From Candidatus Multivoradales bacterium (GTDB lineage: Bacteria > Acidobacteriota > Thermoanaerobaculia > Multivoradales > J023), in contig CBDFLE010000006.1 of the NCBI GenBank assembly GCA_965248925.1, positions 4,544,001-4,608,000 of the forward strand: a stretch of 64,000 nucleotides of DNA, given 5' to 3'. The notes under the pieces are model-generated. The model was not told the DNA's origin. It searched no databases and saw only the letters and a program-made list of their open reading frames with translations. How positions within the stretch are numbered: position 1 is the stretch's first letter; every line of letters starts with the position of its first letter. Position numbers and translations under genes: made by a program. Positions 40,368-52,996 of the stretch are shown piece by piece.

Positions 40368-40443
40368 GCCCAGGTAGCTCAGTTGGTAGAGCACTCGACT
40401 GAAAATCGAGGTGTCGGTGGTTCAAATCCGCCCCTGGGCACCA
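40368..40443 (+). tRNA. tRNA-Phe (GAA)
   Basis: GCCCAGG/CCTGGGC acceptor stem, CT-GAA-AA loop, TTCAAAT T-loop, CCA end. Confidence 0.97.
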
Positions 40444-40521
40444 TTCACTGCGCTCTTGCGGTCATTCCGGCGCGGTCATCTTGCCCCGCGCCGAGCCTTG
40501 GTTCTTACCGTGGCCGTTTGT

Positions 40522-43500
40522 TCAAGGGCTCACCAGATCCACCCAATCGCGCATCGCACCCAGGCTACAGCCGAACTTGCGATGACCGTTGCCGAGCCCG
40601 AGCTGCTCGATGATCTGCTCACAGGAGCAGCCGGCAGTGTCTTTGGTAGTGAAGAAGACCTGCCCGCTGCCACCATCTGAGTCGCTATCGGAGTCACCGT
40701 CTGAGTCACTATCCGAGCCACTGTCGGAGTCACCATCTGAATCATCGTCCGAGCCACTATCGGAGTCGCCGTTTGAATCATCGCTTCCGCGGCTGAGGAA
40801 TAGGCCGCGTTGCAGGGTGTCAAAGATGTTGTCGCCATCGATCAGGGCGTAGCGATTGGGTCGTAGGGCAACCGTCGGCACACTTTCCGGGATCACCGTG
40901 TTCGGGCAAACGTCCTCGGCATCGAGCACTCCGTCGCCATCGTTGTCGACATCAGCAGGCTCGGTGATGGTCAGGGTCGCGGTCGCCGGCTCGCTCGCTG
41001 GTAGGCCGGCTTGCAGCAGGTTGCTGGTGATGTTCAGGTAGTCACCGGCCGCCGCTGAGGCAGGCACCTGCAAGTCGACACTGAAGCTGCACGAGCCGCC
41101 CGGTAGCAGGCTACCGCCGCTGAAGGTCAGGAACGAGCTGCCGTCGAGCAGTGAGCTTTCGCCGCAGGTGTCCGTGGCCGGCAGGCCGATCGCCTCGAGG
41201 CCGAGCAGAGCTGCTCCCAGATCGTCCGAGAAAGATAGGGCGAAGACGCTGCTGGTCAGGCTCAGATTCTCGATGTTGAAGGTCAAAGCGACAGTGTCGC
41301 CGGCCTCCGCGGTGCTCGGAGAGAACGACTTGCCGAGAGCCAGGAAGTCGATTCGCAGAGTATCGGTCGCCGCGTTTCCGCGCACCGCCAGACCGCCGAG
41401 ATCGCCGATGGTTTCGCTGGTGGTGCTGACCGCCTCGGTGCCGAGCAGCACTGCGGCAGGCACCGCCAAGGTGACATCGAAGCTACAAGATGCCGCCGCC
41501 GCCAGGCTGCCGCCGGTGAAGCTCAACAGGCTGGTGCCGCTGATCTGCGAGCCGCTACCGCAGATATCCGCCAAGCTGCCGCTGGCACTGACCAGCCCAC
41601 TGAGGGCGGTTTCGAGGTCATCGCTGAAGGAGATCAACGTCACCGAGTCGACCTTGCTCAGGTTGGTGATCGTAAAGCGCAGCGTGACGTTGTCGCCCGG
41701 ACCTACCGGATCGTCGATGAATTCCTTGGCCAAGACCAGGAAGTTGGCGTCGAGGACCAGCTCGTCGGAGGCGTTGGCGAACAGAACTGTGCTGCCCTCG
41801 ATGGTCGCCGAGAAGCCCGCCGTGGTGCTGATGTAGGTATCGGGCTGTGCCTTCGTCGGCACCAGCAGGCCGAGATCAAAAGTGCACGACTCGCCGGTCG
41901 CCAGACTGCCGCCCTGGAAGACCAGCAGCTGTCCACCACTCAAGCCATCTAAGGAAGAGCCCAAGCCGCAGATATCGGCCAGGGGTAGGCCGGATCCGGA
42001 CAGCCCGTCCAATGCGCTGTCGAGATCGTCGCTGAAGAAGATCTTGGTCGCGGCGGAGACCGGGCTGTCATTCTGGATCGTGTAGCGCAAGGTCACCGCG
42101 CCGCCTGGTAGCACCGGATCGTTGAGGAACTCCTTGGACATGCTGAGGCCGGTGATGCTCAGCTCAGCGGTCGCGGGCGGAGTCATGGTGGTCAGGCCGA
42201 GCACCGTCGCCACCACCACGCTGGTGGTATTGGTGTGGGCGCCAGCCGGTGCTGTCGATGGCACCTGCAGAGTGACGTCGAAGCTGCAAATCTCGCCCGC
42301 CGCCAGGGTGCCGCCGGTGAAGCTCAAGGTCATCGTGCCGCTGAGCTGCGAGCCAGCACCACAAACATCAGTGGCCGGCAGGCCGCTAGCCACCAGACCG
42401 CTGAGGGCGGCCTCGAGGTCGTCGGTGAAGTTGACGCTGGAAGCATCCCCTGGGGCGCTCTCGCTGTGCTCGAGGGTGAAGCGCAAGGTCACCGTGCCGC
42501 CCGGGGTTGCCGGGTCGTCGATGAACTCCTTGACCATCTGCGGTGCTCCGACCACCACCAGATCATCGCTGGCGGTGCCGCCGGTGAGCTTGCTGCCGCC
42601 GACCATGGCGGTCACCGTGCTGGTGGTGTTGGTGTAGGTGCCAGCGGCGGCGCCCACCGCGACATCGAGGGTGATCGCAAAGGTGCAGGACTCGCCGGCT
42701 CCGAGACTGGCGTCGGCGATCACCAGCCTGGCAGGAATGGCGTCCGAGCCGGTGGGGTTGATCCGCGGCGTGTAGGTCGCGGTCGAGCCGCTGCCGCAGA
42801 AGCCGGCGGCTGGCACTGCCGAGGCGGTCGGCAGCTCGATCGCGAACTCGTCGACGAAAGAGATCTCGGTGGCAGCGTCGCTGGCGCTGGGGTTGGAGAG
42901 GGTGAACTCCAGGGTCACCGAGCTGCCGGCACCCACTGGATCGTCGACGAAGCTCTTGCTCAGCTGCGGCGCGGCGTCGACGAACAGCAAGTCGGTCGCC
43001 GGGCTGCCGGTGACCGAGCTACCGCCGATGTTGGCGTTGATCGCGCTGGTGGTGTTGGAGAACGTTCCCGAGGGAGCGCTGGCCGGCAGTTGCAGAGCGA
43101 CGCTGAAGGTACAGGTTCCCTCGATCCCGAGGCTGCCGCCGCTCAAGGTGAGCAGACTGCTGCCGGACAGCTGGGAACCACTTCCGCAAGGCTCGGCGAG
43201 CGGCAAGCCAACCGCTACCAGACCGCTGATGACGGCGTCGAGATCGTCGGTGAAAGCGATGTTCGTGGCGTCGCCTCGACGGTCGAGGTTGCGCACCGTG
43301 AATTCGAGGATGACACTGCTTCCCGGGGTGGTCGGGTCGTCGACGAAAGATTTGCCCAGGACGATCTGCTCGATGGCCACGGTCAGCGTCGCGCTGGCCA
43401 TGCCACTAGACCGCGCCGGGCCACCGAACTGGGTAGTCGAGGTCAGCTCGCCGGTGGTGTTGCCGAGCATCCCGACAGCGTTGCCGAGCACGTCGACGCT

Positions 43501-44247
43501 GAGCGTGCAGCTGCTGTTGCCGGCGATCGTGGCACCGTTGAAGAAGGCTGGCGAGTAGGAGATCGTGCTGCCACCCGGTGGGGCAGAGATGGTGCCGCCG
43601 GCGCAGTCGGTCGAAGCGTTGGCCGGGCCGGTAATCACCATGCCGTCCGGCAGGTTGTCGCTGAACGTCAGATTGGCCGCCGGGTCTGGATTGGCGCTGT
43701 TGTCGATGGTCAGAGTCAGGGTGCTACGGCCGCCAAAGAAGACCGTGCTCGGGGCGAAGCTCTTGCTAAAACCGGGGCGGTCGGCAGCGACGGTGAGGTC
43801 GGCGCTCGCGCTGCCGCTGTTGCCGGCATCGGAAGTTAGATCGCCGGTGATATTGGTGTGGGTGCCCACCGTGCTGCTGGTCACGTCGACGCTGATCATG
43901 CAGTTACTCGCTGCACCGACACCGCCGCCGCTGAGGCTGATCGAGGTACCGCCGGCGGTCGCGCTCAGCGTGCCCAGGCAGCTCGAGCTGGCGTTTGCCG
44001 GGTTGGCGATGGTCATCCCGGCGGGTAGGTTGTCGACCACTGCCAGGTTACGCAGGGCCAGGGCACCCGAGTTGCTGATCTCGAGCTGCAATGTGCTGAC
44101 CGCCCCCGGGCCGACAGTGCTCGGGGAGAACGACTTGGAGAGATCTGGCAGCTGGGCTTGTACTCCGGCCGCCAAGACGATGAAGGGTAGGACGAGCAAT
44201 ATCGCGATGTTGAGTCGACGGGACAGCGGCAGCAGGAGAGACTTCAT
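40522..44247 (-). CDS. Large secreted repeat adhesin (8 DUF11-like beta repeats, TSP3-like motif, Ser-Asp tract)
   Basis: Signal peptide; 8 repeats each starting xKxF(V/I)DDP or xKSFxP; DNDGDGVLDAEDVCP; SD tract; Cys-containing C-terminus. Confidence 0.85.
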   Translation of the reverse strand: MKSLLLPLSRRLNIAILLVLPFIVLAAGVQAQLPDLSKSFSPSTVGPGAVSTLQLEISNSGALALRNLAVVDNLPAGMTIANPANASSSCLGTLSATAGGTSISLSGGGVGAASNCMISVDVTSSTVGTHTNITGDLTSDAGNSGSASADLTVAADRPGFSKSFAPSTVFFGGRSTLTLTIDNSANPDPAANLTFSDNLPDGMVITGPANASTDCAGGTISAPPGGSTISYSPAFFNGATIAGNSSCTLSVDVLGNAVGMLGNTTGELTSTTQFGGPARSSGMASATLTVAIEQIVLGKSFVDDPTTPGSSVILEFTVRNLDRRGDATNIAFTDDLDAVISGLVAVGLPLAEPCGSGSQLSGSSLLTLSGGSLGIEGTCTFSVALQLPASAPSGTFSNTTSAINANIGGSSVTGSPATDLLFVDAAPQLSKSFVDDPVGAGSSVTLEFTLSNPSASDAATEISFVDEFAIELPTASAVPAAGFCGSGSTATYTPRINPTGSDAIPARLVIADASLGAGESCTFAITLDVAVGAAAGTYTNTTSTVTAMVGGSKLTGGTASDDLVVVGAPQMVKEFIDDPATPGGTVTLRFTLEHSESAPGDASSVNFTDDLEAALSGLVASGLPATDVCGAGSQLSGTMTLSFTGGTLAAGEICSFDVTLQVPSTAPAGAHTNTTSVVVATVLGLTTMTPPATAELSITGLSMSKEFLNDPVLPGGAVTLRYTIQNDSPVSAATKIFFSDDLDSALDGLSGSGLPLADICGLGSSLDGLSGGQLLVFQGGSLATGESCTFDLGLLVPTKAQPDTYISTTAGFSATIEGSTVLFANASDELVLDANFLVLAKEFIDDPVGPGDNVTLRFTITNLSKVDSVTLISFSDDLETALSGLVSASGSLADICGSGSQISGTSLLSFTGGSLAAAASCSFDVTLAVPAAVLLGTEAVSTTSETIGDLGGLAVRGNAATDTLRIDFLALGKSFSPSTAEAGDTVALTFNIENLSLTSSVFALSFSDDLGAALLGLEAIGLPATDTCGESSLLDGSSFLTFSGGSLLPGGSCSFSVDLQVPASAAAGDYLNITSNLLQAGLPASEPATATLTITEPADVDNDGDGVLDAEDVCPNTVIPESVPTVALRPNRYALIDGDNIFDTLQRGLFLSRGSDDSNGDSDSGSDDDSDGDSDSGSDSDSDGDSDSDSDGGSGQVFFTTKDTAGCSCEQIIEQLGLGNGHRKFGCSLGAMRDWVDLVSP
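40670..40790 (-). repeat. Ser-Asp-Gly coding repeat (36-bp periodicity)
   Basis: Recurring TCGGAGTCACC.TCTGA and CCGAGCCACT units encode GSDDSNGDSDSGSDDDSDGDSDSGSDSDSDGDSDSDSDGG. Confidence 0.85.
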
Positions 44248-44372
44248 CGATTCAGACCTCGAATACAAACGGATTAAACGAGCACAGGAGGTGTACCTCC
44301 CAAGGCTCAGAGGGATCAGATCTAAGGTAGAACGGAACAAGGCTGGGGGAAAAGATGAAATTGAATGATGTC

Positions 44373-44401
44373 AAACTAGTCTTGCCAGAGGCTCAGGTCA
44401 A
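44373..44401 (-). promoter_or_regulatory. sigma70 promoter of the adhesin gene
   Basis: Minus strand TTGACC-N17-TAGTTT in an AT-rich intergenic region. Confidence 0.45.
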
Positions 44402-44417
44402 TTGGCAATATTTCTGA

Positions 44418-47483
<3,066 letters not shown>

Positions 47484-47491
<8 letters not shown>

Positions 47492-48266
47492 TCGGTCGCA
47501 ATGGCGCTCGCCTGGGAAGCCGCTGCGCGGCCTGTGGAAGCTGACCTGGCTCGAGATCAAGATCTTTCTGCGCGAGCCGATGGGAGCGTTCGGCACTCTC
47601 GGTATTCCGCTGCTGACTTTCGTCGTGCTCGGCCGAGTGCTAGGCCGCAGCGGCCGGCGGCAGCCGCGTATCGAGAGTCTGCTGCAAGACGATTTGCCGA
47701 TCTTGGTGGTGATTCTGCTGGCGTTGAGTAGTGTTTTGTCGCTGGTCGCAATCATCTCGATCTATCGCGAGAACGGTATTCTCAAGCGCCTGCGGGCGAC
47801 GCCGTTGTCACCGCTCACCATTCTCACCAGTCATGTGATCGTCAAATTGTTGTTGACCGCCCTGACTCTGGGGCTTTTGGCTCTGGTGGGCCGGCGGTTC
47901 TATCCGGGGGAATTGCAAGTCGCCTGGCCGAGTTTCGTGCTGGCCCTGCTGTTGGTTACCGTGAGCATCTTGTCGATCGGATTCGTGATCGCCAGCATCG
48001 TCCCCACAGCACGATTCGCCCGACCGTTGGGGGGTATGCTGCTTTATCCCCAGATCGCGATTTCCGGCCTCTTCCTGCCGCTCGACGCGCTGCCCGCCGG
48101 CTGGCGACTCGTCGCCGAGTTCTCACCACTCGCCCACTCGGTAACCTTGCTTCGAGGCATCTGGACCGGTGGTCGCTGGCTCGACCACATCCCCGAGGTC
48201 GCGGCCTTGGTGATCGGGTTCATGCTATGCACGGCTGTGGCCTCGCGGATCTTCCGTTGGCAGTGA
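47484..48266 (+). CDS. ABC-2 type exporter permease
   Basis: About six TM segments; YRENGILKRLRATP. Confidence 0.9.
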
Positions 48267-48322
48267 GAGCGGCCGCGATTCGACTCCCACCAGCCTCTTG
48301 CTTGTGCCAAAATGACGCCGCA

Positions 48323-49711
48323 ATGGCGGATATCCCAGATGTCATCGTGATTGACGACGAAACCGGCTCGCGGGAGTCGATGGCGATCGCTATCGAGAAG
48401 GCTGGTTTTGCGGTACGTACTTTTGACGATGCGAGACGGGCTCTCGAATTCCTCGACCAGGCTCCAGGAGTTCGCTTGGCGGTGACCGACTTGCGCATGC
48501 CTGGCATGGACGGTCTTGGTTTTCTCGCCGCGGTGCGGGAGCGCAAGACCGAGCTGGCGGTGATGCTGGTCACGGGTTTTGGTTCGGTCGAATCGGCGGT
48601 GCAGGCAATGCAGGTGGGGGCGGACGACTACCTCACCAAACCGGTCGATCTCTACGAGCTACGCAAGAGAGTTCGCAACCTGCTCGAGAACCGGCAGCTC
48701 AAGGAAGAGGTCTCCAGCTTGCGGGAGCAGCTCGACAAGCGTTTTGGCTTCGAGAGCATTCTCGGCAACTCAGCGGCCATGGAGCATCTCTTCGACAAGA
48801 TGCGGATGGTGGCGCCGACCCGCTCGAGCGTGTTGATCGTCGGCGCTAGTGGTACAGGTAAGGAGTTGGTGGCTAATGCTCTGCACCAAAATAGCCCACG
48901 GGTGGACGAGCGCTTTCTGGCGATCAACTGTGGTGCCATTCCCTCGGACATCCTCGAATCCGAACTCTTCGGCCACGAACGCGGCGCCTTCACCGGTGCG
49001 GTGGCGCGCAAGATCGGTAAGTTCGAGCTGGCCCACAAAGGGACACTTTTTCTCGACGAGATCAGCGAACTTTATCCAGAGTTGCAAGTCAAACTGCTGC
49101 GGGTCTTGGAAGAGCGTCAGGTCATGCGGGTCGGTGGCAGTGAGCTGATCGATGTCGATTTCCGACTGGTGGCGGCGACCAACCGGGATCTAGAACACGA
49201 GGTTGAACAAGGCAGATTTCGCGAGGACTTGTACTACCGCTTGAAGGTCGTCACTCTCGAGATTCCCCCGCTCAGTCAGCGGCGCGAGGACATTCCGCTG
49301 CTAGCGGACCACTTTCTCGGGATCTTCTGTGCCGAGCATGGCAAAGCATTGATCAAGATGTCGCCGGAGGCTTTGGCGGTGCTAGCCCAATTCGCTTGGC
49401 CGGGCAATGTGCGGCAGCTCAAGAACGTTCTCGAGTCGCTGGTGATCTTCCACCCCGGCGGCGATATTCAACCGGACGCGTTGCCGCCGGAAATTCGCGA
49501 GTCGGGCATGGTCTCTGAAGGCCAGGCACCGGTACAGCCTCTGGTGGGTACCCCTAGGAGCATGGACGAGATCGAGCGTCAGGCCATTCTCGAGACCCTG
49601 GAACGGACCAAAGGACACCGCGCCGATGCCGCCAAGATGCTGCAGATCGGCTTGCGCACTCTGCAAAGGAAGCTCAAGGACTATCGTCAGCAGGGCTTCT
49701 ACGAGGACTAG
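48323..49711 (+). CDS. sigma54-dependent response regulator (NtrC family)
   Basis: Receiver TDLRMPG, GASGTGKE, GAFTGA, WPGNVRQL, Fis-type HTH. Confidence 0.95.
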   Translation: MADIPDVIVIDDETGSRESMAIAIEKAGFAVRTFDDARRALEFLDQAPGVRLAVTDLRMPGMDGLGFLAAVRERKTELAVMLVTGFGSVESAVQAMQVGADDYLTKPVDLYELRKRVRNLLENRQLKEEVSSLREQLDKRFGFESILGNSAAMEHLFDKMRMVAPTRSSVLIVGASGTGKELVANALHQNSPRVDERFLAINCGAIPSDILESELFGHERGAFTGAVARKIGKFELAHKGTLFLDEISELYPELQVKLLRVLEERQVMRVGGSELIDVDFRLVAATNRDLEHEVEQGRFREDLYYRLKVVTLEIPPLSQRREDIPLLADHFLGIFCAEHGKALIKMSPEALAVLAQFAWPGNVRQLKNVLESLVIFHPGGDIQPDALPPEIRESGMVSEGQAPVQPLVGTPRSMDEIERQAILETLERTKGHRADAAKMLQIGLRTLQRKLKDYRQQGFYED

Positions 49712-49720
49712 GAGAGAGCC

Positions 49721-49936
49721 ATGGACCTACCGGCAGAGATCCTGATTCACAGTGCTCCCCTAGGTTTGAAGGGGGGCAAGGGCCAGTTGGTGCGGGTCAG
49801 CGAGCAAGGATATTACGAGGTCAAGATCGCTTTCGGCCAAAAGACCCACCGAGTGCTGTTGCCGGTCGCGGAGACGGTGATCATCTTTCGCGAGCCGGAA
49901 GCCGAGTGGGAGGCTGGGGTCGAAGTCGAGCGCTGA
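49721..49936 (+). CDS. Small hypothetical protein
   Basis: AGGAGAG RBS, 9 bp after the regulator stop; 71 aa. Confidence 0.7.
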   Translation: MDLPAEILIHSAPLGLKGGKGQLVRVSEQGYYEVKIAFGQKTHRVLLPVAETVIIFREPEAEWEAGVEVER

Positions 49937-49971
49937 GCAGGGATGCGGCAGCTAGGACTCACCGATTCCGA

Positions 49972-50727
49972 CTAGCTCCGCCGGCTGCCCGCCGTCATCG
50001 CCGCCAGCATTTCTGCGACCGCCTTCGCTAGTCCCACCAGCGCCGCCCGGCTGATCAGCCAGTGGCCGATATTCAGTTCCTCGATCTGTGGAATGGCGGC
50101 GATGTCGCCCACGTTCTTGGTGGTCAGGCCGTGGCCAGCAAAGACCCGAAAGCCGAGTTCGGTGCCAGCTATCGAGATCTGGCGGATCTTGGCGAGCTGC
50201 TGTTCTTGGCTCTGGCCAGTGGCCCGGGTGTAAGCGTCGGTGTTGATCTCGAAACCAGGCACTAGGCCCTGGCCCAGGCTGCTGAGGGCGTCGAGCTGCG
50301 CCGGGTCGGGGTCGAGAAAGACCGAGGTCTCGACGCCGGCGGCGGCTAGTCGGTCGGCGGCGTCGCGCAAATGTGCTTGCTGGGCCACTAGATCGAGACC
50401 ACCTTCGGTAGTGACCTCAGCGGGGTTTTCGGGCACCAAGGTCACCTGCTGGGGGCGTAGCTCGCAAGCCAGACGGAGCATCTCGGCGGTAGCAGCGATT
50501 TCCAGATTGAGCTTGCCACCCACCCTCGGCCGTAAGCGGCGGACATCGTCGTCTTGAATGTGCCGTCGGTCGCCTCTTAAATGAACAGTGATTCCCGAAG
50601 CTCCGGCCTGCTCGGCGATCATCGCGGCCTCGACCGGATCCGGATACGAGGCTTTGCGGGCCTGGCGCAAGGTGGCGACATGGTCGATGTTGACCGACAG
50701 CCGAAGATGGCTGGAGGTGGCTGTCAT
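49972..50727 (-). CDS. pdxJ: Pyridoxine 5'-phosphate synthase
   Basis: VNIDHVATLRQAR, HLRGDRRHIQ, TTEGGLD, AGHGL, ELNIGH. Confidence 0.96.
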   Translation of the reverse strand: MTATSSHLRLSVNIDHVATLRQARKASYPDPVEAAMIAEQAGASGITVHLRGDRRHIQDDDVRRLRPRVGGKLNLEIAATAEMLRLACELRPQQVTLVPENPAEVTTEGGLDLVAQQAHLRDAADRLAAAGVETSVFLDPDPAQLDALSSLGQGLVPGFEINTDAYTRATGQSQEQQLAKIRQISIAGTELGFRVFAGHGLTTKNVGDIAAIPQIEELNIGHWLISRAALVGLAKAVAEMLAAMTAGSRRS

Positions 50728-50807
50728 TGTGAACCTCTCGGTTTCTGGGGTCAGTGCTAGCTGGACATCTCGAAGTCTTCACAAGCAATTGAAAACAAGA
50801 GAATCTT

Positions 50808-50874
50808 GTAGGGGCGCAAGGCGTGCGCCCAGTGGCACGGTCATCGAAAACGGGCCCGTGCCATGCGCCCCTAC
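50808..50874. repeat. GTAG-type REP doublet (REPIN-like)
   Basis: GTAG-GGGCGCA-AGGCG-TGCGCCC plus an inverted copy ending TGCGCCCCTAC; nested TGGCACGG/CCGTGCCA stem. Confidence 0.7.
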
Positions 50875-50927
50875 GCAATCTTCCGAGGCTATCTTTTTGC
50901 GAGCGAAGCGAGCCATGTTCGGCCGAG

Positions 50928-52295
50928 CTAGCCGAGCTGAACTTCGATGATGGCGGCCAGCTCGGCTGCCATCGACTCGATCTCGCCGCCGTCCGTGCCT
51001 TCGATCATGATTCTTGCCTTCGGTTCGGTGCCGCTGTAACGCAGCAGTAGGCGGCCGCTACCCTGCAAGCTACGCTCGACAGATTGGGTTGCCGCGCTCA
51101 AGCCGGGCACTTGGTCGAAGGGGGGCTTGCGGCTGACCCGCACATTGACCAGCACCTGGGGACAGCGTTCAAAACTCGCCAGTAGATCGCTGGCTTGGCG
51201 GCCGCTTGTAGCCACTATTCGGGCGATTTGCACGGCGCTCAGCAGGCCGTCGCCGGTGGTGGCCAGGTTCAAATCGATCAGGTGCCCCGACTGCTCGCCA
51301 CCGAGCACTAAGTCGCCGCGGCGTAGTGCTTCGACCACATGGCGGTCACCCACATCGCAGCGCTCTAAAGTGATGCCTTGGCGACCGAGCGACAGCTCCA
51401 ATCCCAGATTACTCATCGCGGTTCCGACTACCCGGCGGTGGCGTAGCTCGCCAGCGGCGTCGAGATGCCGCGCCCATAGGTAGAGCATGGCATCGCCGTC
51501 GCGGACTTCGCCGCGATCGTCGACCAGAATGGCGCGGTCGGCGTCGCCGTCAAAGGCAAACCCCAGCTGGCAGCCCTGCTGCTGCACCAGGTCGGCCAGA
51601 GGCTGCGGATGGGTCGAACCGCAGCCGAAGTTGATGTTGCGACCGTCCGGCTGGTCGCCGATCACTCGGGTGTTGGCGCCGAGGCGAGTGAACAGTTCGG
51701 CGGCAAAAGGCGCAGCGGCGCCATGAGCAGCGTCGAGAGCGATGGTCAGACCAGCGAAGGGATTTTCCCCCGGTACGCTGGTGATCAGGTGATCAAGATA
51801 GGCGGCGACGGCCGATTGGTCGACCTCTGGGGTTGGGGGTTCGCCCGCAGCCGGAGTCCTGGCTGAGAGCAGCCGTGTCTCCAGGCTGGCTTCGTCGGCC
51901 TTGGACCATTTGAACCCATCGCCGCTGATCAGCTTGATGCCGTTGTCGGGATGGGGGTTGTGACTGGCCGAGACGGCGATGCCGCAAGCCGCCTTCGTTC
52001 GGCGAGTGGTGTAGGCGACGCAGGGGGTCGGCACGGTGCGCAGGTAGACGAAGCTGGCGCCTCCCTCGCCCAGTCCGGCGGCCAACCAGCGGCAGATAGT
52101 GGGGGTCGAGTCGCGGGTGTCGCCGCCCAAGACCACCCGAGGCGATGGACGCTGGTCGCCCAAGTAGAGCGCCAACTCGCGGCCGAAGGTACGGATCGTC
52201 GGCTCGTCGAGAGGGTGGCGGCCGAAAATGCCTCGCATGCCGTCGGTGCCGAACAAGCGTTGAGTGGCCACGGTCAGAGTCTCGGAGTGCATCAC
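50928..52295 (-). CDS. glmM: Phosphoglucosamine mutase
   Basis: LFGTDG, SASHNP, DGDADR, GGEQSGH, RYSGTEP. Confidence 0.95.
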   Translation of the reverse strand: MMHSETLTVATQRLFGTDGMRGIFGRHPLDEPTIRTFGRELALYLGDQRPSPRVVLGGDTRDSTPTICRWLAAGLGEGGASFVYLRTVPTPCVAYTTRRTKAACGIAVSASHNPHPDNGIKLISGDGFKWSKADEASLETRLLSARTPAAGEPPTPEVDQSAVAAYLDHLITSVPGENPFAGLTIALDAAHGAAAPFAAELFTRLGANTRVIGDQPDGRNINFGCGSTHPQPLADLVQQQGCQLGFAFDGDADRAILVDDRGEVRDGDAMLYLWARHLDAAGELRHRRVVGTAMSNLGLELSLGRQGITLERCDVGDRHVVEALRRGDLVLGGEQSGHLIDLNLATTGDGLLSAVQIARIVATSGRQASDLLASFERCPQVLVNVRVSRKPPFDQVPGLSAATQSVERSLQGSGRLLLRYSGTEPKARIMIEGTDGGEIESMAAELAAIIEVQLG

Positions 52296-52996
52296 CTTCC
52301 TCCACCGATGTCGGTGCTCGGAGAGTCGATGGCCAGGCTGTCGACGGTAGAACTCAGCTCGGGTTCTTGCAGATCGATGGTGACGGTGACCTGGCTCGGC
52401 TCAAGGATCTGCAATAGCGGATCTGGCGAGACCACGATGGCCTCTTCAGAAAAAGTTAGGGCGTGGCCGTCGAGACTGATCGCTGCGGTCTTCAAGTGGC
52501 CGAGAGATTGGACCAAGGAGGCTGGACCGCGCACGGTGGCGTGGGACGGAGTGACAATCTGTTGGTTGACCAAGGATCCCGCGGCCGGCTCGCCGATCAC
52601 TTCGGCGACGATCAGTAAGCGCGCGTTAACCGTCGCCTCGACCGACAGCGCTAGCCGCTTGGGGATGATCGAGATGATCTCGTAGTCTCCGGGCATGGAG
52701 ATGTTGGCGTTCTCCAGCTGGAGGATAAACGCGCCGAGAGCTTTGTCGTCGAGGTCCACCACGACTTGTACCGAGAATGGACTCTCTTCTCCAATCTCGT
52801 TGGACGGGCCGCGCAACTGGACCTTCACCGTCTCCACCCACTTGACTAGGGTGACATCTTCGGGCAGGTTGTATTGCACGATGACATCGAATTGCCGCAC
52901 CCGCAGTTGCTCGACCTCATGCACCGCCACCTTGATCGCCAAGGCGATCGTGATCGCTACCAGCAGGCTGGGAAGATGTAGACGATGTGTGTTCAC
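52292..52996 (-). CDS. cdaR: CdaR/YbbR-like regulator of diadenylate cyclase
   Basis: N-terminal TM and YbbR-like V.LRGP repeats; lies between cdaA and glmM. Confidence 0.8.
   Translation of the reverse strand: MNTHRLHLPSLLVAITIALAIKVAVHEVEQLRVRQFDVIVQYNLPEDVTLVKWVETVKVQLRGPSNEIGEESPFSVQVVVDLDDKALGAFILQLENANISMPGDYEIISIIPKRLALSVEATVNARLLIVAEVIGEPAAGSLVNQQIVTPSHATVRGPASLVQSLGHLKTAAISLDGHALTFSEEAIVVSPDPLLQILEPSQVTVTIDLQEPELSSTVDSLAIDSPSTDIGGGR

Noticed and set aside
42235-43839. 534-aa + strand ORF and other long overlapping ORFs (3812-4861, 30847-31869, 57580-58506)
   Set aside because: These are antisense shadows of well-supported genes, expected in high-GC DNA, and carry no recognisable motifs.
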